From: the human T2T-CHM13v2.0 reference genome, Homo sapiens
Strand: one strand, 5' to 3'
Assembly: GCF_009914755.1 (NCBI RefSeq)
Contig: NC_060942.1
Length of the DNA stretch: 64,000 nucleotides
Notes under the pieces: model-generated
Database searches by the model: none
What the model was told of the DNA's origin: nothing
What the model saw: the letters and a program-made list of their open reading frames with translations, nothing else
Shown: piece after piece, positions 52,086-64,000 of the stretch
Position numbering within the stretch: position 1 is the first letter of the stretch
How the letters are laid out: every line of letters begins with the position of its first letter
Program-made: the position numbers and the translations under genes

Positions 52086-55000
52086 CATTCTCAGAAACTT
52101 CTTCGTCATGTGTGTCCTCAACTAACAGTGTACAACCTATCTTTTGATACAGCACGTTGGAAACACTCTTTTTATAGAATCTGCAAGTGGATAGTTGGAT
52201 AGCTCTAACGATTTCATTGGAAACGGGAATACCTTCATATAAAATCTAGACAGTGGCACTCTCAGAAACTGCTTTGTGATATCTGCATTCAAGCCACAGA
52301 GTTGAACATTTCCCTTCCTAAAGCAGGTTTGAAACACTCTTTTTGTCGTATCTGGAAGTGGACATTTGGAGCACTTTGACGCCTTTGGTGAAAAAGGAAA
52401 TGTCTTCCCATCAAAACTAGACAGAAGCATTCTAAGAAACATTTTTGGGATATATGTACTCAACTAACAGAGTTGAACCTTTCTCTTTATAGATCAGTTT
52501 TGGAAAGCTCTTTATGTGGAATCTGCAGATGGATATTCGGATAGCTCTGAGGATTTCGTTGGAGACGGGAATACATAAAGAAAGTAGACAGCAGCATTCT
52601 CAGGAGATACTTTGTGATGTTTGCTTTTAAGTCACAGAGTTGAATATTCCCTTCAATAGAGCAGGTTTGAAACACTCTTTCTGTAGTATCTGGAAGTGGA
52701 CATTTCGATCGATTTCAGGCCTATGTTGAAAAAGGAAATACCTTAACATCAAAACTAGACAGAAGCATTCTCAGAAACGTCTTTGTGATGTGTGTCCTCA
52801 ACTAACAGAGTTCAACCTTTCTTATGATACAGCAGTTTGGAAACACTCTTTTTATAGAATTTGCAAGTTGATACATGGATAGCCCTAACTATTTCGTTGG
52901 AAACGGGAATATCTTCATATAAAACCTAGGCAGAAGCACTCTCAGAAACTACTTTGTGATATCTGCATTGATATCAGAGAGTTGAATATTCCCTTTCTAA
53001 GGGCAGGCTTGAAAGCGTCTTTTCGTGGAATCTGCAGGAGGATATTTGGATAGCTTGGAGGGATACGTTGGAAACGGGATTACATATACAAAGTAGACAG
53101 CAGCATTCTCAGAAGCTTCTTTGTGATGTTTGCGTTTAAGTCACAGAGTTGAACGTTCCCTTTCATAGAGCAGGTTTCAAACCCTCTTTCTGCAGTATCT
53201 GGAAGTGGACATTTCGAGCGCTTTCAGGCCCATGGTGAACAAGGAAATATCTTCCCATGCAAACTAGACAGAAGCATTCGCAGAAACTTGTTTGTGATGT
53301 GTGTCCTCAACTCACGGAGTTGAACATTTCGTTTGACAGAGCAGTTTGGAAACACGATTTTTGTAGAATCTGCAAGTGGATATTTGGATGGCTTTGTGGA
53401 TTTCGTTGGAAACGGGAGTATCTTCATAGACAACCTAGACAGTAACATGCTCAGAAACTGCTTTGTGATATCTGCATTCACGTCACAGAGTTGAACATTC
53501 CCTTTCATAGAGCAGGTTTGAAACACACTTTCTGTAGTATCTGGATGTGGGCACTTGGAGCGCTTGGACGCTTATGGTGAAAAAGGACAGATCGTCCCAT
53601 AAAAACTGGACAGAAGCATTCTCACAAACTGCTTTGTGACGTATGTCTTCAACTAACAGAGTTGAACATTTCTATTCACAGAGCAGTTTTGAAAGACTCT
53701 TTTGGAGTATCTGCTAGTGGATATTTGGAGAGCTTTAAGGATTTCATTGGAAACCGGAATATCTTCAGGTAAAATCTAGACAGAGGCATTCTCAGAAACT
53801 TCTTCGTCATGTGTGTCCTCAACTAACAGTGTACAACCTGTCTTTTGATACAGCACGTTGGAAACACTCTTTTTATAGAATCTGCAAGTGGATAGTTGGA
53901 TAGCTCTAACGATTTCGTTGGAAACGGGAATACCTTCATATAAAATCTAGACAGTGGCACTCTCAGAAACTGCTTTGTGATATCTGCATTCAAGCCACAG
54001 AGTTGAACATTTCCCTTCCTAAAGCAGGTTTGAAACACTCTTTTTGTCGTATCTGGAAGTGGACATTTGGAGCACTTTGACGCCTTTGGTGAAAAAGGAA
54101 ATGTCTTCCCATCAAAACTAGACAGAAGCATTCTAAGAAACATTTTTGGGATATATGTACTCAACTAACAGAGTTGAACCTTTCTCTTTATAGATCAGTT
54201 TTGGAAAGCTCTTTATGTGGAATCTGCAGATGGATATTCGGATAGCTCTGAGGATTTCGTTGGAGACGGGAATACATAAAGAAAGTAGACAGCAGCATTC
54301 TCAGGAGATACTTTGTGATGTTTGCTTTTAAGTCACAGAGTTGAATATTCCCTTCAATAGAGCAGGTTTGAAACACTCTTTCTGTAGTATCTGGAAGTGG
54401 ACATTTCGATCGATTTCAGGCCTATGTTGAAAAAGGAAATACCTTAACATCAAAACTAGACAGAAGCATTCTCAGAAACGTCTTTGTGATGTGTGTCCTC
54501 AACTAACAGATTTCAACCTTTCTTATGATACAGCAGTTTGGAAACACTCTTTTTATAGAATTTGCAAGTTGATACATGGATAGCCCTAACTATTTCGTTG
54601 GAAACGGGAATATCTTCATATAAAACCTAGGCAGAAGCACTCTCAGAAACTACTTTGTGATATCTGCATTGATATCAGAGAGTTGAATATTCCCTTTCTA
54701 AGGGCAGGCTTGAAAGCGTCTTTTTGTGGAATCTGCAGGAGGATATTTGGATAGCTTGGAGGGTTACGTTGGAAACGGGATTACATATACAAAGTAGACA
54801 GCAGCATTCTCAGAAGCTTCTTTGTGATGTTTGCGTTTAAGTCACAGAGTTGAACGTTCCCTTTCATAGAGCAGGTTTCAAACCCTCTTTCTGCAGTATC
54901 TGGAAGTGGACATTTCGAGCGCTTTCAGGCCCATGGTGAACAAGGAAATATCTTCCCATGCAAACTAGACAGAAGCATTCGCAGAAACTTGTTTGTGATG

Positions 55001-58000
55001 TGTGTCCTCAACTCACGGAGTTGAACATTTCGTTTGACAGAGCAGTTTGGAAACACGATGTTTGTAGAATCTGCAAGTGGATATTTGGATGGCTTTGTGG
55101 ATTTCGTTGGAAACGGGAGTATCTTCATAGACAACCTAGACAGTAACATGCTCAGAAACTGTTTTGTGATATCTGCATTTACGTCACAGAGTTGAACATT
55201 CCCTTTCATAGAGCAGGTTTGAAACACACTTTCTGTAGTATCTGGATGTGGGCACTTGGAGCGCTTGGACGCTTATGGTGAAAAAGGACATATCGTCCAT
55301 AAAAACTGGACAGAAGCATTCTCACAAACTGCTTTGTGACGTATGTCTTCAACAAACAGAGTTGAACATTTCTATTCACAGAGCAGTTTTGAAAGACTCT
55401 TTTGGAGTATCTGCTAGTGGATATTTGGAGAGCTTTAAGGATTTCATTGGAAACCGGAATATCTTCAGGTAAAATCTAGACAGAGGCATTCTCAGAAACT
55501 TCTTCGTAATGTGTGTCCTCAACTAACAGTGTACAACCTATCTTTTGATACAGCACGTTGGAAACACTCTTTTTATAGAATCTGCAAGTGGATAGTTGGG
55601 TAGCTCTAACGATTTCGTTGGAAACGGGAATACCTTCATATAAAATCTAGACAGTGGCACTCTCAGAAACTGCTTTGTGATATCTGCATTCAAGCCACAG
55701 AGTTGAACATTTCCCTTCCTAAAGCAGGTTTGAAACACTCTTTTTGTCGTATCTGGAAGTAGACATTTGGAGCACTTTGACGCCTTTGGTGAAAAAGGAA
55801 ATGTCTTCCCATGAAAACTAGACAGAAGCATTCTAAGAAACATTTTTGGGATATATGTACTCAACTAACAGAGTTGAACCTTTCTCTTTATAGATCAGTT
55901 TTGGAAAGCTCTTTATGTGGAATCTGCAGATGGATATTCGGATAGCTCTGAGGATTTCGTTGGAGACGGGAATACATGAAGAAAGTAGACAGCAGCATTC
56001 TCAGGAGATTCTTTGTGATGTTTGCTTTTAAGTCACAGAGTTGAATATTCCCTTCAATAGAGCAGGTTTGAAACACTCTTTCTGTAGTATCTGGAAGTGG
56101 ACATTTCGATCGATTTCAGGCCTATGTTGAAAAAGGAAATACCTTAACATAAAAACTAGACAGAAGCATTCTCAGAAACGTCTTTGTGATGTGTGTCCTC
56201 AACTAACAGAGTTCAACCTTTCTTATGATACAGCAGTTTGGAAACACTCTTTTTATAGAATTTGCAAGTTGATACATGGATAGCCCTAACTATTTCGTTG
56301 GAAACGGGAATATCTTCATATAAAACCTAGGCAGAAGCACTCTCAGAAACTACTTTGTGATATCTGCATTGATATCAGAGAGTTGAATATTCCCTTTCTA
56401 AGGGCAGGCTTGAAAGCGTCTTTTCGTGGAATCTGCAGGAGGATATTTGGATAGCTTGGAGGGATACGTTGGAAACGGGATTACATATACAAAGTAGACA
56501 GCAGCATTCTCAGAAGCTTCTTTGTGATGTTTGCGTTTAAGTCACAGAGTTGAACGTTCCCTTTCATAGAGCAGGTTTCAAACCCTCTTTCTGCAGTATC
56601 TGGAAGTGGACATTTCGAGCGCTTTCAGGCCCATGGTGAACAAGGAAATATCTTCCCATGCAAACTAGACAGAAGCATTCGCAGAAACTTGTTTGTGATG
56701 TGTGTCCTCAACTCACGGAGTTGAACATTTCGTTTGACAGAGCAGTTTGGAAACACGATTTTTGTAGAATCTGCAAGTGGATATTTGGATGGCTTTGTGG
56801 ATTTCGTTGGAAACGGGAGTATCTTCATAGACAACCTAGACAGTAACATGCTCAGAAACTGCTTTGTGATATCTGCATTCACGTCACAGAGTTGAACATT
56901 CCCTTTCATAGAGCAGGTTTGAAACACACTTTCTGTAGTATCTGGATGTGGGCACTTGGAGCGCTTGGACGCTTATGGTGAAAAAGGACAGATCGTCCCA
57001 TAAAAACTGGACAGAAGCATTCTCACAAACTGCTTTGTGACGTATGTCTTCAACTAACAGAGTTGAACATTTCTATTCACAGAGCAGTTTTGAAAGACTC
57101 TTTTGGAGTATCTGCTAGTGGATATTTGGAGAGCTTTAAGGATTTCATTGGAAACCGGAATATCTTCAGGTAAAATCTAGACAGAGGCATTCTCAGAAAC
57201 TTCTTCGTCATGTGTGTCCTCAACTAACAGTGTACAACCTGTCTTTTGATACAGCACGTTGGAAACACTCTTTTTATAGAATCTGCAAGTGGATAGTTGG
57301 ATAGCTCTAACGATTTCGTTGGAAACGGGAATACCTTCATATAAAATCTAGACAGTGGCACTCTCAGAAACTGCTTTGTGATATCTGCATTCAAGCCACA
57401 GAGTTGAACATTTCCCTTCCTAAAGCAGGTTTGAAACACTCTTTTTGTCGTATCTGGAAGTGGACATTTGGAGCACTTTGACGCCTTTGGTGAAAAAGGA
57501 AATGTCTTCCCATCAAAACTAGACAGAAGCATTCTAAGAAACATTTTTGGGATATATGTACTCAACTAACAGAGTTGAACCTTTCTCTTTATAGATCAGT
57601 TTTGGAAAGCTCTTTATGTGGAATCTGCAGATGGATATTCGGATAGCTCTGAGGATTTCGTTGGAGACGGGAATACATAAAGAAAGTAGACAGCAGCATT
57701 CTCAGGAGATACTTTGTGATGTTTGCTTTTAAGTCACAGAGTTGAATATTCCCTTCAATAGAGCAGGTTTGAAACACTCTTTCTGTAGTATCTGGAAGTG
57801 GACATTTCGATCGATTTCAGGCCTATGTTGAAAAAGGAAATACCTTAACATCAAAACTAGACAGAAGCATTCTCAGAAACGTCTTTGTGATGTGTGTCCT
57901 CAACTAACAGATTTCAACCTTTCTTATGATACAGCAGTTTGGAAACACTCTTTTTATAGAATTTGCAAGTTGATACATGGATAGCCCTAACTATTTCGTT

Positions 58001-61000
58001 GGAAACGGGAATATCTTCATATAAAACCTAGGCAGAAGCACTCTCAGAAACTACTTTGTGATATCTGCATTGATATCAGAGAGTTGAATATTCCCTTTCT
58101 AAGGGCAGGCTTGAAAGCGTCTTTTTGTGGAATCTGCAGGAGGATATTTGGATAGCTTGGAGGGTTACGTTGGAAACGGGATTACATATACAAAGTAGAC
58201 AGCAGCATTCTCAGAAGCTTCTTTGTGATGTTTGCGTTTAAGTCACAGAGTTGAACGTTCCCTTTCATAGAGCAGGTTTCAAACCCTCTTTCTGCAGTAT
58301 CTGGAAGTGGACATTTCGAGCGCTTTCAGGCCCATGGTGAACAAGGAAATATCTTCCCATGCAAACTAGACAGAAGCATTCGCAGAAACTTGTTTGTGAT
58401 GTGTGTCCTCAACTCACGGAGTTGAACATTTCGTTTGACAGAGCAGTTTGGAAACACGATGTTTGTAGAATCTGCAAGTGGATATTTGGATGGCTTTGTG
58501 GATTTCGTTGGAAACGGGAGTATCTTCATAGACAACCTAGACAGTAACATGCTCAGAAACTGTTTTGTGATATCTGCATTTACGTCACAGAGTTGAACAT
58601 TCCCTTTCATAGAGCAGGTTTGAAACACACTTTCTGTAGTATCTGGATGTGGGCACTTGGAGCGCTTGGACGCTTATGGTGAAAAAGGACATATCGTCCA
58701 TAAAAACTGGACAGAAGCATTCTCACAAACTGCTTTGTGACGTATGTCTTCAACAAACAGAGTTGAACATTTCTATTCACAGAGCAGTTTTGAAAGACTC
58801 TTTTGGAGTATCTGCTAGTGGATATTTGGAGAGCTTTAAGGATTTCATTGGAAACCGGAATATCTTCAGGTAAAATCTAGACAGAGGCATTCTCAGAAAC
58901 TTCTTCGTAATGTGTGTCCTCAACTAACAGTGTACAACCTATCTTTTGATACAGCACGTTGGAAACACTCTTTTTATAGAATCTGCAAGTGGATAGTTGG
59001 GTAGCTCTAACGATTTCGTTGGAAACGGGAATACCTTCATATAAAATCTAGACAGTGGCACTCTCAGAAACTGCTTTGTGATATCTGCATTCAAGCCACA
59101 GAGTTGAACATTTCCCTTCCTAAAGCAGGTTTGAAACACTCTTTCTGTCGTATCTGGAAGTGGACATTTGGAGCACTTTGACGCCTTTGGTGAAAAAGGA
59201 AATGTCTTCCCATGAAAACTAGACAGAAGCATTCTAAGAAACATTTTTGGGATATATGTACTCAACTAACAGAGTTGAACCTTTCTCTTTATAGATCAGT
59301 TTTGGAAAGCTCTTTATGTGGAATCTGCAGATGGATATTCGGATAGCTCTGAGGATTTCGTTGGAGATGGGAATACATAAAGAAAGTAGACAGCAGCATT
59401 CTCAGGAGATTCTTTGTGATGTTTGCTTTTAAGTCACAGAGTTGAATATTCCCTTCAATAGAGCAGGTTTGAAACACTCTTTCTGTAGTATCTGGAAGTG
59501 GACATTTCGATCGATTTCAGGCCTATGTTGAAAAAGGAAATACCTTAACATCAAAACTAGACAGAAGCATTCTCAGAAACGTCTTTGTGATGTGTGTCCT
59601 CAACTAACAGAGTTCAACCTTTCTTATGATACAGCAGTTTGGAAACACTCTTTTTATAGAATTTGCAAGTTGATACATGGATAGCCCTAACTATTTCGTT
59701 GGAAACGGGAATATCTTCATATAAAACCTAGGCAGAAGCACTCTCAGAAACTACTTTGTGATATCTGCATTGATATCAGAGAGTTGAATATTCCCTTTCT
59801 AAGGGCAGGCTTGAAAGCGTCTTTTCGTGGAATCTGCAGGAGGATATTTGGATAGCTTGGAGGGATACGTTGGAAACGGGATTACATATACAAAGTAGAC
59901 AGCAGCATTCTCAGAAGCTTCTTTGTGATGTTTGCGTTTAAGTCACAGAGTTGAACGTTCCCTTTCATAGAGCAGGTTTCAAACCCTCTTTCTGCAGTAT
60001 CTGGAAGTGGACATTTCGAGCGCTTTCAGGCCCATGGTGAACAAGGAAATATCTTCCCATGCAAACTAGACAGAAGCATTCGCAGAAACTTGTTTGTGAT
60101 GTGTGTCCTCAACTCACGGAGTTGAACATTTCGTTTGACAGAGCAGTTTGGAAACACGATTTTTGTAGAATCTGCAAGTGGATATTTGGATGGCTTTGTG
60201 GATTTCGTTGGAAACGGGAGTATCTTCATAGACAACCTAGACAGTAACATGCTCAGAAACTGCTTTGTGATATCTGCATTCACGTCACAGAGTTGAACAT
60301 TCCCTTTCATAGAGCAGGTTTGAAACACACTTTCTGTAGTATCTGGATGTGGGCACTTGGAGCGCTTGGACGCTTATGGTGAAAAAGGACAGATCGTCCC
60401 ATAAAAACTGGACAGAAGCATTCTCACAAACTGCTTTGTGACGTATGTCTTCAACTAACAGAGTTGAACATTTCTATTCACAGAGCAGTTTTGAAAGACT
60501 CTTTTGGAGTATCTGCTAGTGGATATTTGGAGAGCTTTAAGGATTTCATTGGAAACCGGAATATCTTCAGGTAAAATCTAGACAGAGGCATTCTCAGAAA
60601 CTTCTTCGTCATGTGTGTCCTCAACTAACAGTGTACAACCTGTCTTTTGATACAGCACGTTGGAAACACTCTTTTTATAGAATCTGCAAGTGGATAGTTG
60701 GATAGCTCTAACGATTTCGTTGGAAACGGGAATACCTTCATATAAAATCTAGACAGTGGCACTCTCAGAAACTGCTTTGTGATATCTGCATTCAAGCCAC
60801 AGAGTTGAACATTTCCCTTCCTAAAGCAGGTTTGAAACACTCTTTTTGTCGTATCTGGAAGTGGACATTTGGAGCACTTTGACGCCTTTGGTGAAAAAGG
60901 AAATGTCTTCCCATCAAAACTAGACAGAAGCATTCTAAGAAACATTTTTGGGATATATGTACTCAACTAACAGAGTTGAACCTTTCTCTTTATAGATCAG

Positions 61001-63990
61001 TTTTGGAAAGCTCTTTATGTGGAATCTGCAGATGGATATTCGGATAGCTCTGAGGATTTCGTTGGAGACGGGAATACATAAAGAAAGTAGACAGCAGCAT
61101 TCTCAGGAGATTCTTTGTGATGTTTGCTTTTAAGTCACAGAGTTGAATATTCCCTTCAATAGAGCAGGTTTGAAACACTCTTTCTGTAGTATCTGGAAGT
61201 GGACATTTCGATCGATTTCAGGCCTATGTTGAAAAAGGAAATACCTTAACATCAAAACTAGACAGAAGCATTCTCAGAAACGTCTTTGTGATGTGTGTCC
61301 TCAACTAACAGATTTCAACCTTTCTTATGATACAGCAGTTTGGAAACACTCTTTTTATAGAATTTGCAAGTTGATACATGGATAGCCCTAACTATTTCGT
61401 TGGAAACGGGAATATCTTCATATAAAACCTAGGCAGAAGCACTCTCAGAAACTACTTTGTGATATCTGCATTGATATCAGAGAGTTGAATATTCCCTTTC
61501 TAAGGGCAGGCTTGAAAGCGTCTTTTTGTGGAATCTGCAGGAGGATATTTGGATAGCTTGGAGGGTTACGTTGGAAACGGGATTACATATACAAAGTAGA
61601 CAGCAGCATTCTCAGAAGCTTCTTTGTGATGTTTGCGTTTAAGTCACAGAGTTGAACGTTCCCTTTCATAGAGCAGGTTTCAAACCCTCTTTCTGCAGTA
61701 TCTGGAAGTGGACATTTCGAGCGCTTTCAGGCCCGTGGTGAACAAGGAAATATCTTCCCATGCAAACTAGACAGAAGCATTCGCAGAAACTTGTTTGTGA
61801 TGTGTGTCCTCAACTCACGGAGTTGAACATTTCGTTTGACAGAGCAGTTTGGAAACACGATTTTTGTAGAATCTGCTAGTGGATATTTGGATGGCTTTGT
61901 GGATTTCGTTGGAAACGGGAGTATCTTCATAGACAACCTAGACAGTAACATGCTCAGAAACTGCTTTGTGATATCTGCATTCACGTCACAGAGTTGAACA
62001 TTCCCTTTCATAGAGCAGGTTTGAAACACACTTTCTGTAGTATCTGGATGTGGGCACTTGGAGCGCTTGGACGCTTATGGTGAAAAAGGACATATCGTCC
62101 CATTAAAACTGGACAAAAGCATTCTCACAAACTGCTTTGTGACGTATGTATTCAACTAACAGAGTTGAACATTTCTATTCACAGAGCAGTTTTGAAAGAC
62201 TCTTTTGGAGTATCTGCTAGTGGATATTTGGAGAGCTTTAAGGATTTCATTGGAAACCGGAATATCTTCAGGTAAAATCTAGACAGAGGCATTCTCAGAA
62301 ACTTCTTCGTAATGTGTGTCCTCAACTAACAGTGTACAACCTATCTTTTGATACAGCACGTTGGAAACACTCTTTTTATAGAATCTGCAAGTGGATAGTT
62401 GGGTAGCTCTAACGATTTCGTTGGAAACGGGAATACCTTCATATAAAATCTAGACAGTGGCACTCTCAGAAACTGCTTTGTGATATCTGCATTCAAGCCA
62501 CAGAGTTGAACATTTCCCTTCCTAAAGCAGGTTTGAAACACTCTTTCTGTCGTATCTGGAAGTGGACATTTGGAGCACTTTGACGCCTTTGGTGAAAAAG
62601 GAAATGTCTTCCCATGAAAACTAGACAGAAGCATTCTAAGAAACATTTTTGGGATATATGTACTCAACTAACAGAGTTGAACCTTTCTCTTTATAGATCA
62701 GTTTTGGAAAGCTCTTTATGTGGAATCTGCAGATGGATATTCGGATAGCTCTGAGGATTTCGTTGGAGATGGGAATACATAAAGAAAGTAGACAGCAGCA
62801 TTCTCAGGAGATTCTTTGTGATGTTTGCTTTTAAGTCACAGAGTTGAATATTCCCTTCAATAGAGCAGGTTTGAAACACTCTTTCTGTAGTATCTGGAAG
62901 TGGACATTTCGATCGATTTCAGGCCTATGTTGAAAAAGGAAATACCTTAACATCAAAACTAGACAGAAGCATTCTCAGAAACGTCTTTGTGATGTGTGTC
63001 CTCAACTAACAGAGTTCAACCTTTCTTATGATACAGCAGTTTGGAAACACTCTTTTTATAGAATTTGCAAGTTGATACATGGATAGCCCTAACTATTTCG
63101 TTGGAAACGGGAATATCTTCATATAAAACCTAGGCAGAAGCACTCTCAGAAACTACTTTGTGATATCTGCATTGATATCAGAGAGTTGAATATTCCCTTT
63201 CTAAGGGCAGGCTTGAAAGCGTCTTTTCGTGGAATCTGCAGGAGGATATTTGGATAGCTTGGAGGGATACGTTGGAAACGGGATTACATATACAAAGTAG
63301 ACAGCAGCATTCTCAGAAGCTTCTTTGTGATGTTTGCGTTTAAGTCACAGAGTTGAACGTTCCCTTTCATAGAGCAGGTTTCAAACCCTCTTTCTGCAGT
63401 ATCTGGAAGTGGACATTTCGAGCGCTTTCAGGCCCATGGTGAACAAGGAAATATCTTCCCATGCAAACTAGACAGAAGCATTCGCAGAAACTTGTTTGTG
63501 ATGTGTGTCCTCAACTCACGGAGTTGAACATTTCGTTTGACAGAGCAGTTTGGAAACACGATTTTTGTAGAATCTGCAAGTGGATATTTGGATGGCTTTG
63601 TGGATTTCGTTGGAAACGGGAGTATCTTCATAGACAACCTAGACAGTAACATGCTCAGAAACTGCTTTGTGATATCTGCATTCACGTCACAGAGTTGAAC
63701 ATTCCCTTTCATAGAGCAGGTTTGAAACACACTTTCTGTAGTATCTGGATGTGGGCACTTGGAGCGCTTGGACGCTTATGGTGAAAAAGGACAGATCGTC
63801 CCATAAAAACTGGACAGAAGCATTCTCACAAACTGCTTTGTGACGTATGTCTTCAACTAACAGAGTTGAACATTTCTATTCACAGAGCAGTTTTGAAAGA
63901 CTCTTTTGGAGTATCTGCTAGTGGATATTTGGAGAGCTTTAAGGATTTCATTGGAAACCGGAATATCTTCAGGTAAAATCTAGACAGAGG
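52086..63990 (+). repeat. Block of alternating HOR haplotypes giving a ~3.4-kb (20-monomer) super-period
   Basis: Units at 52086, 55487, 58888 and 62290 carry gggatacg and ggacagatcg. Units at 53787, 57188 and 60589 carry aacctgtc, acagatttcaa and tttttgtgga. Confidence 0.87.
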
Positions 63991-64000
63991 CATTCTCAGA

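Larger units (their letters stand above)
1..64000 (+). repeat. Centromeric alpha-satellite HOR array, SF2 (D1/D2-type monomers), 10-mer 1701-bp HOR, about 376 monomers, single orientation
   Basis: Monomers of 166-171 bp start with cattctcagaaac-like motifs and end in tagacagaag-like motifs. CENP-B boxes (TTTCGTTGGAAACGGGA) recur on the + strand. Monomer heads gatgtgtgtcctcaactaacagag and gatatctgcattcaag/cacgtcacagag fit SF2, and SF1 J-type signatures are absent. The same spurious ORFs recur every 1700-1702 bp (89, 1789, 3490, 5191 ... 62341). Confidence 0.98.

Noticed and set aside
89-63730. Recurring 62-148 aa ORFs on both strands (MSTYIPKMF..., MFQTCS..., MQTRQKH...)
   Set aside because: They are chance translations of a 171-bp (57-codon) satellite. 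They recur with the HOR, gain and lose stops and frameshifts freely, and show no recognisable domain. I used them only as phase and variant markers.
1-64000. CRISPR-like array of recurring 17-bp motifs
   Set aside because: The intervening sequence is itself repeated monomer, not unique spacer, and there are no cas genes. The motif is the CENP-B box.
1-64000. L1, Alu or other insertion, or an inversion
   Set aside because: All phase shifts are explained by whole-monomer changes (+680, -680, -680) or 1-bp indels. There is no poly-A tail or foreign sequence, and box orientation is constant.
1-64000. Claim of an active centromere core or a novel biological system
   Set aside because: CENP-A occupancy, hypomethylation and transcription cannot be read from sequence, and everything seen fits known alpha-satellite HOR biology.

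Overview
The whole 64-kb window is one uninterrupted, single-orientation array of primate (human-type) centromeric alpha-satellite DNA. It has no credible protein-coding gene, RNA gene, transposon insertion or inversion; every ORF in the track is a recurring by-product of the repeat. The ~171-bp monomers form a 1701-bp 10-monomer higher-order repeat (HOR) of suprachromosomal-family-2 (D1/D2) type. A 10-mer SF2 HOR with one HindIII site per unit matches my recollection of the chromosome 18 D18Z2-type array, but I cannot confirm that here. Counting from the m1 start at 38, I find 38 complete units to 63990: 35 canonical 10-mers, one 14-mer (10243-12623) and two 6-mers (38138-39158, 44262-45282). 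Each canonical HOR carries four intact CENP-B boxes (m1, m3, m5, m8) and two dead ones (m6, m10); the dead ones sit where two box-bearing monomers are adjacent. Shared SNVs and indels show three haplotype domains, nested 3.4-kb and 5.1-kb tandem duplications, and a 3.4-kb super-period at the right end. I found no evidence of a novel gene system. The interest lies in array architecture and turnover. All comparisons were made by eye.
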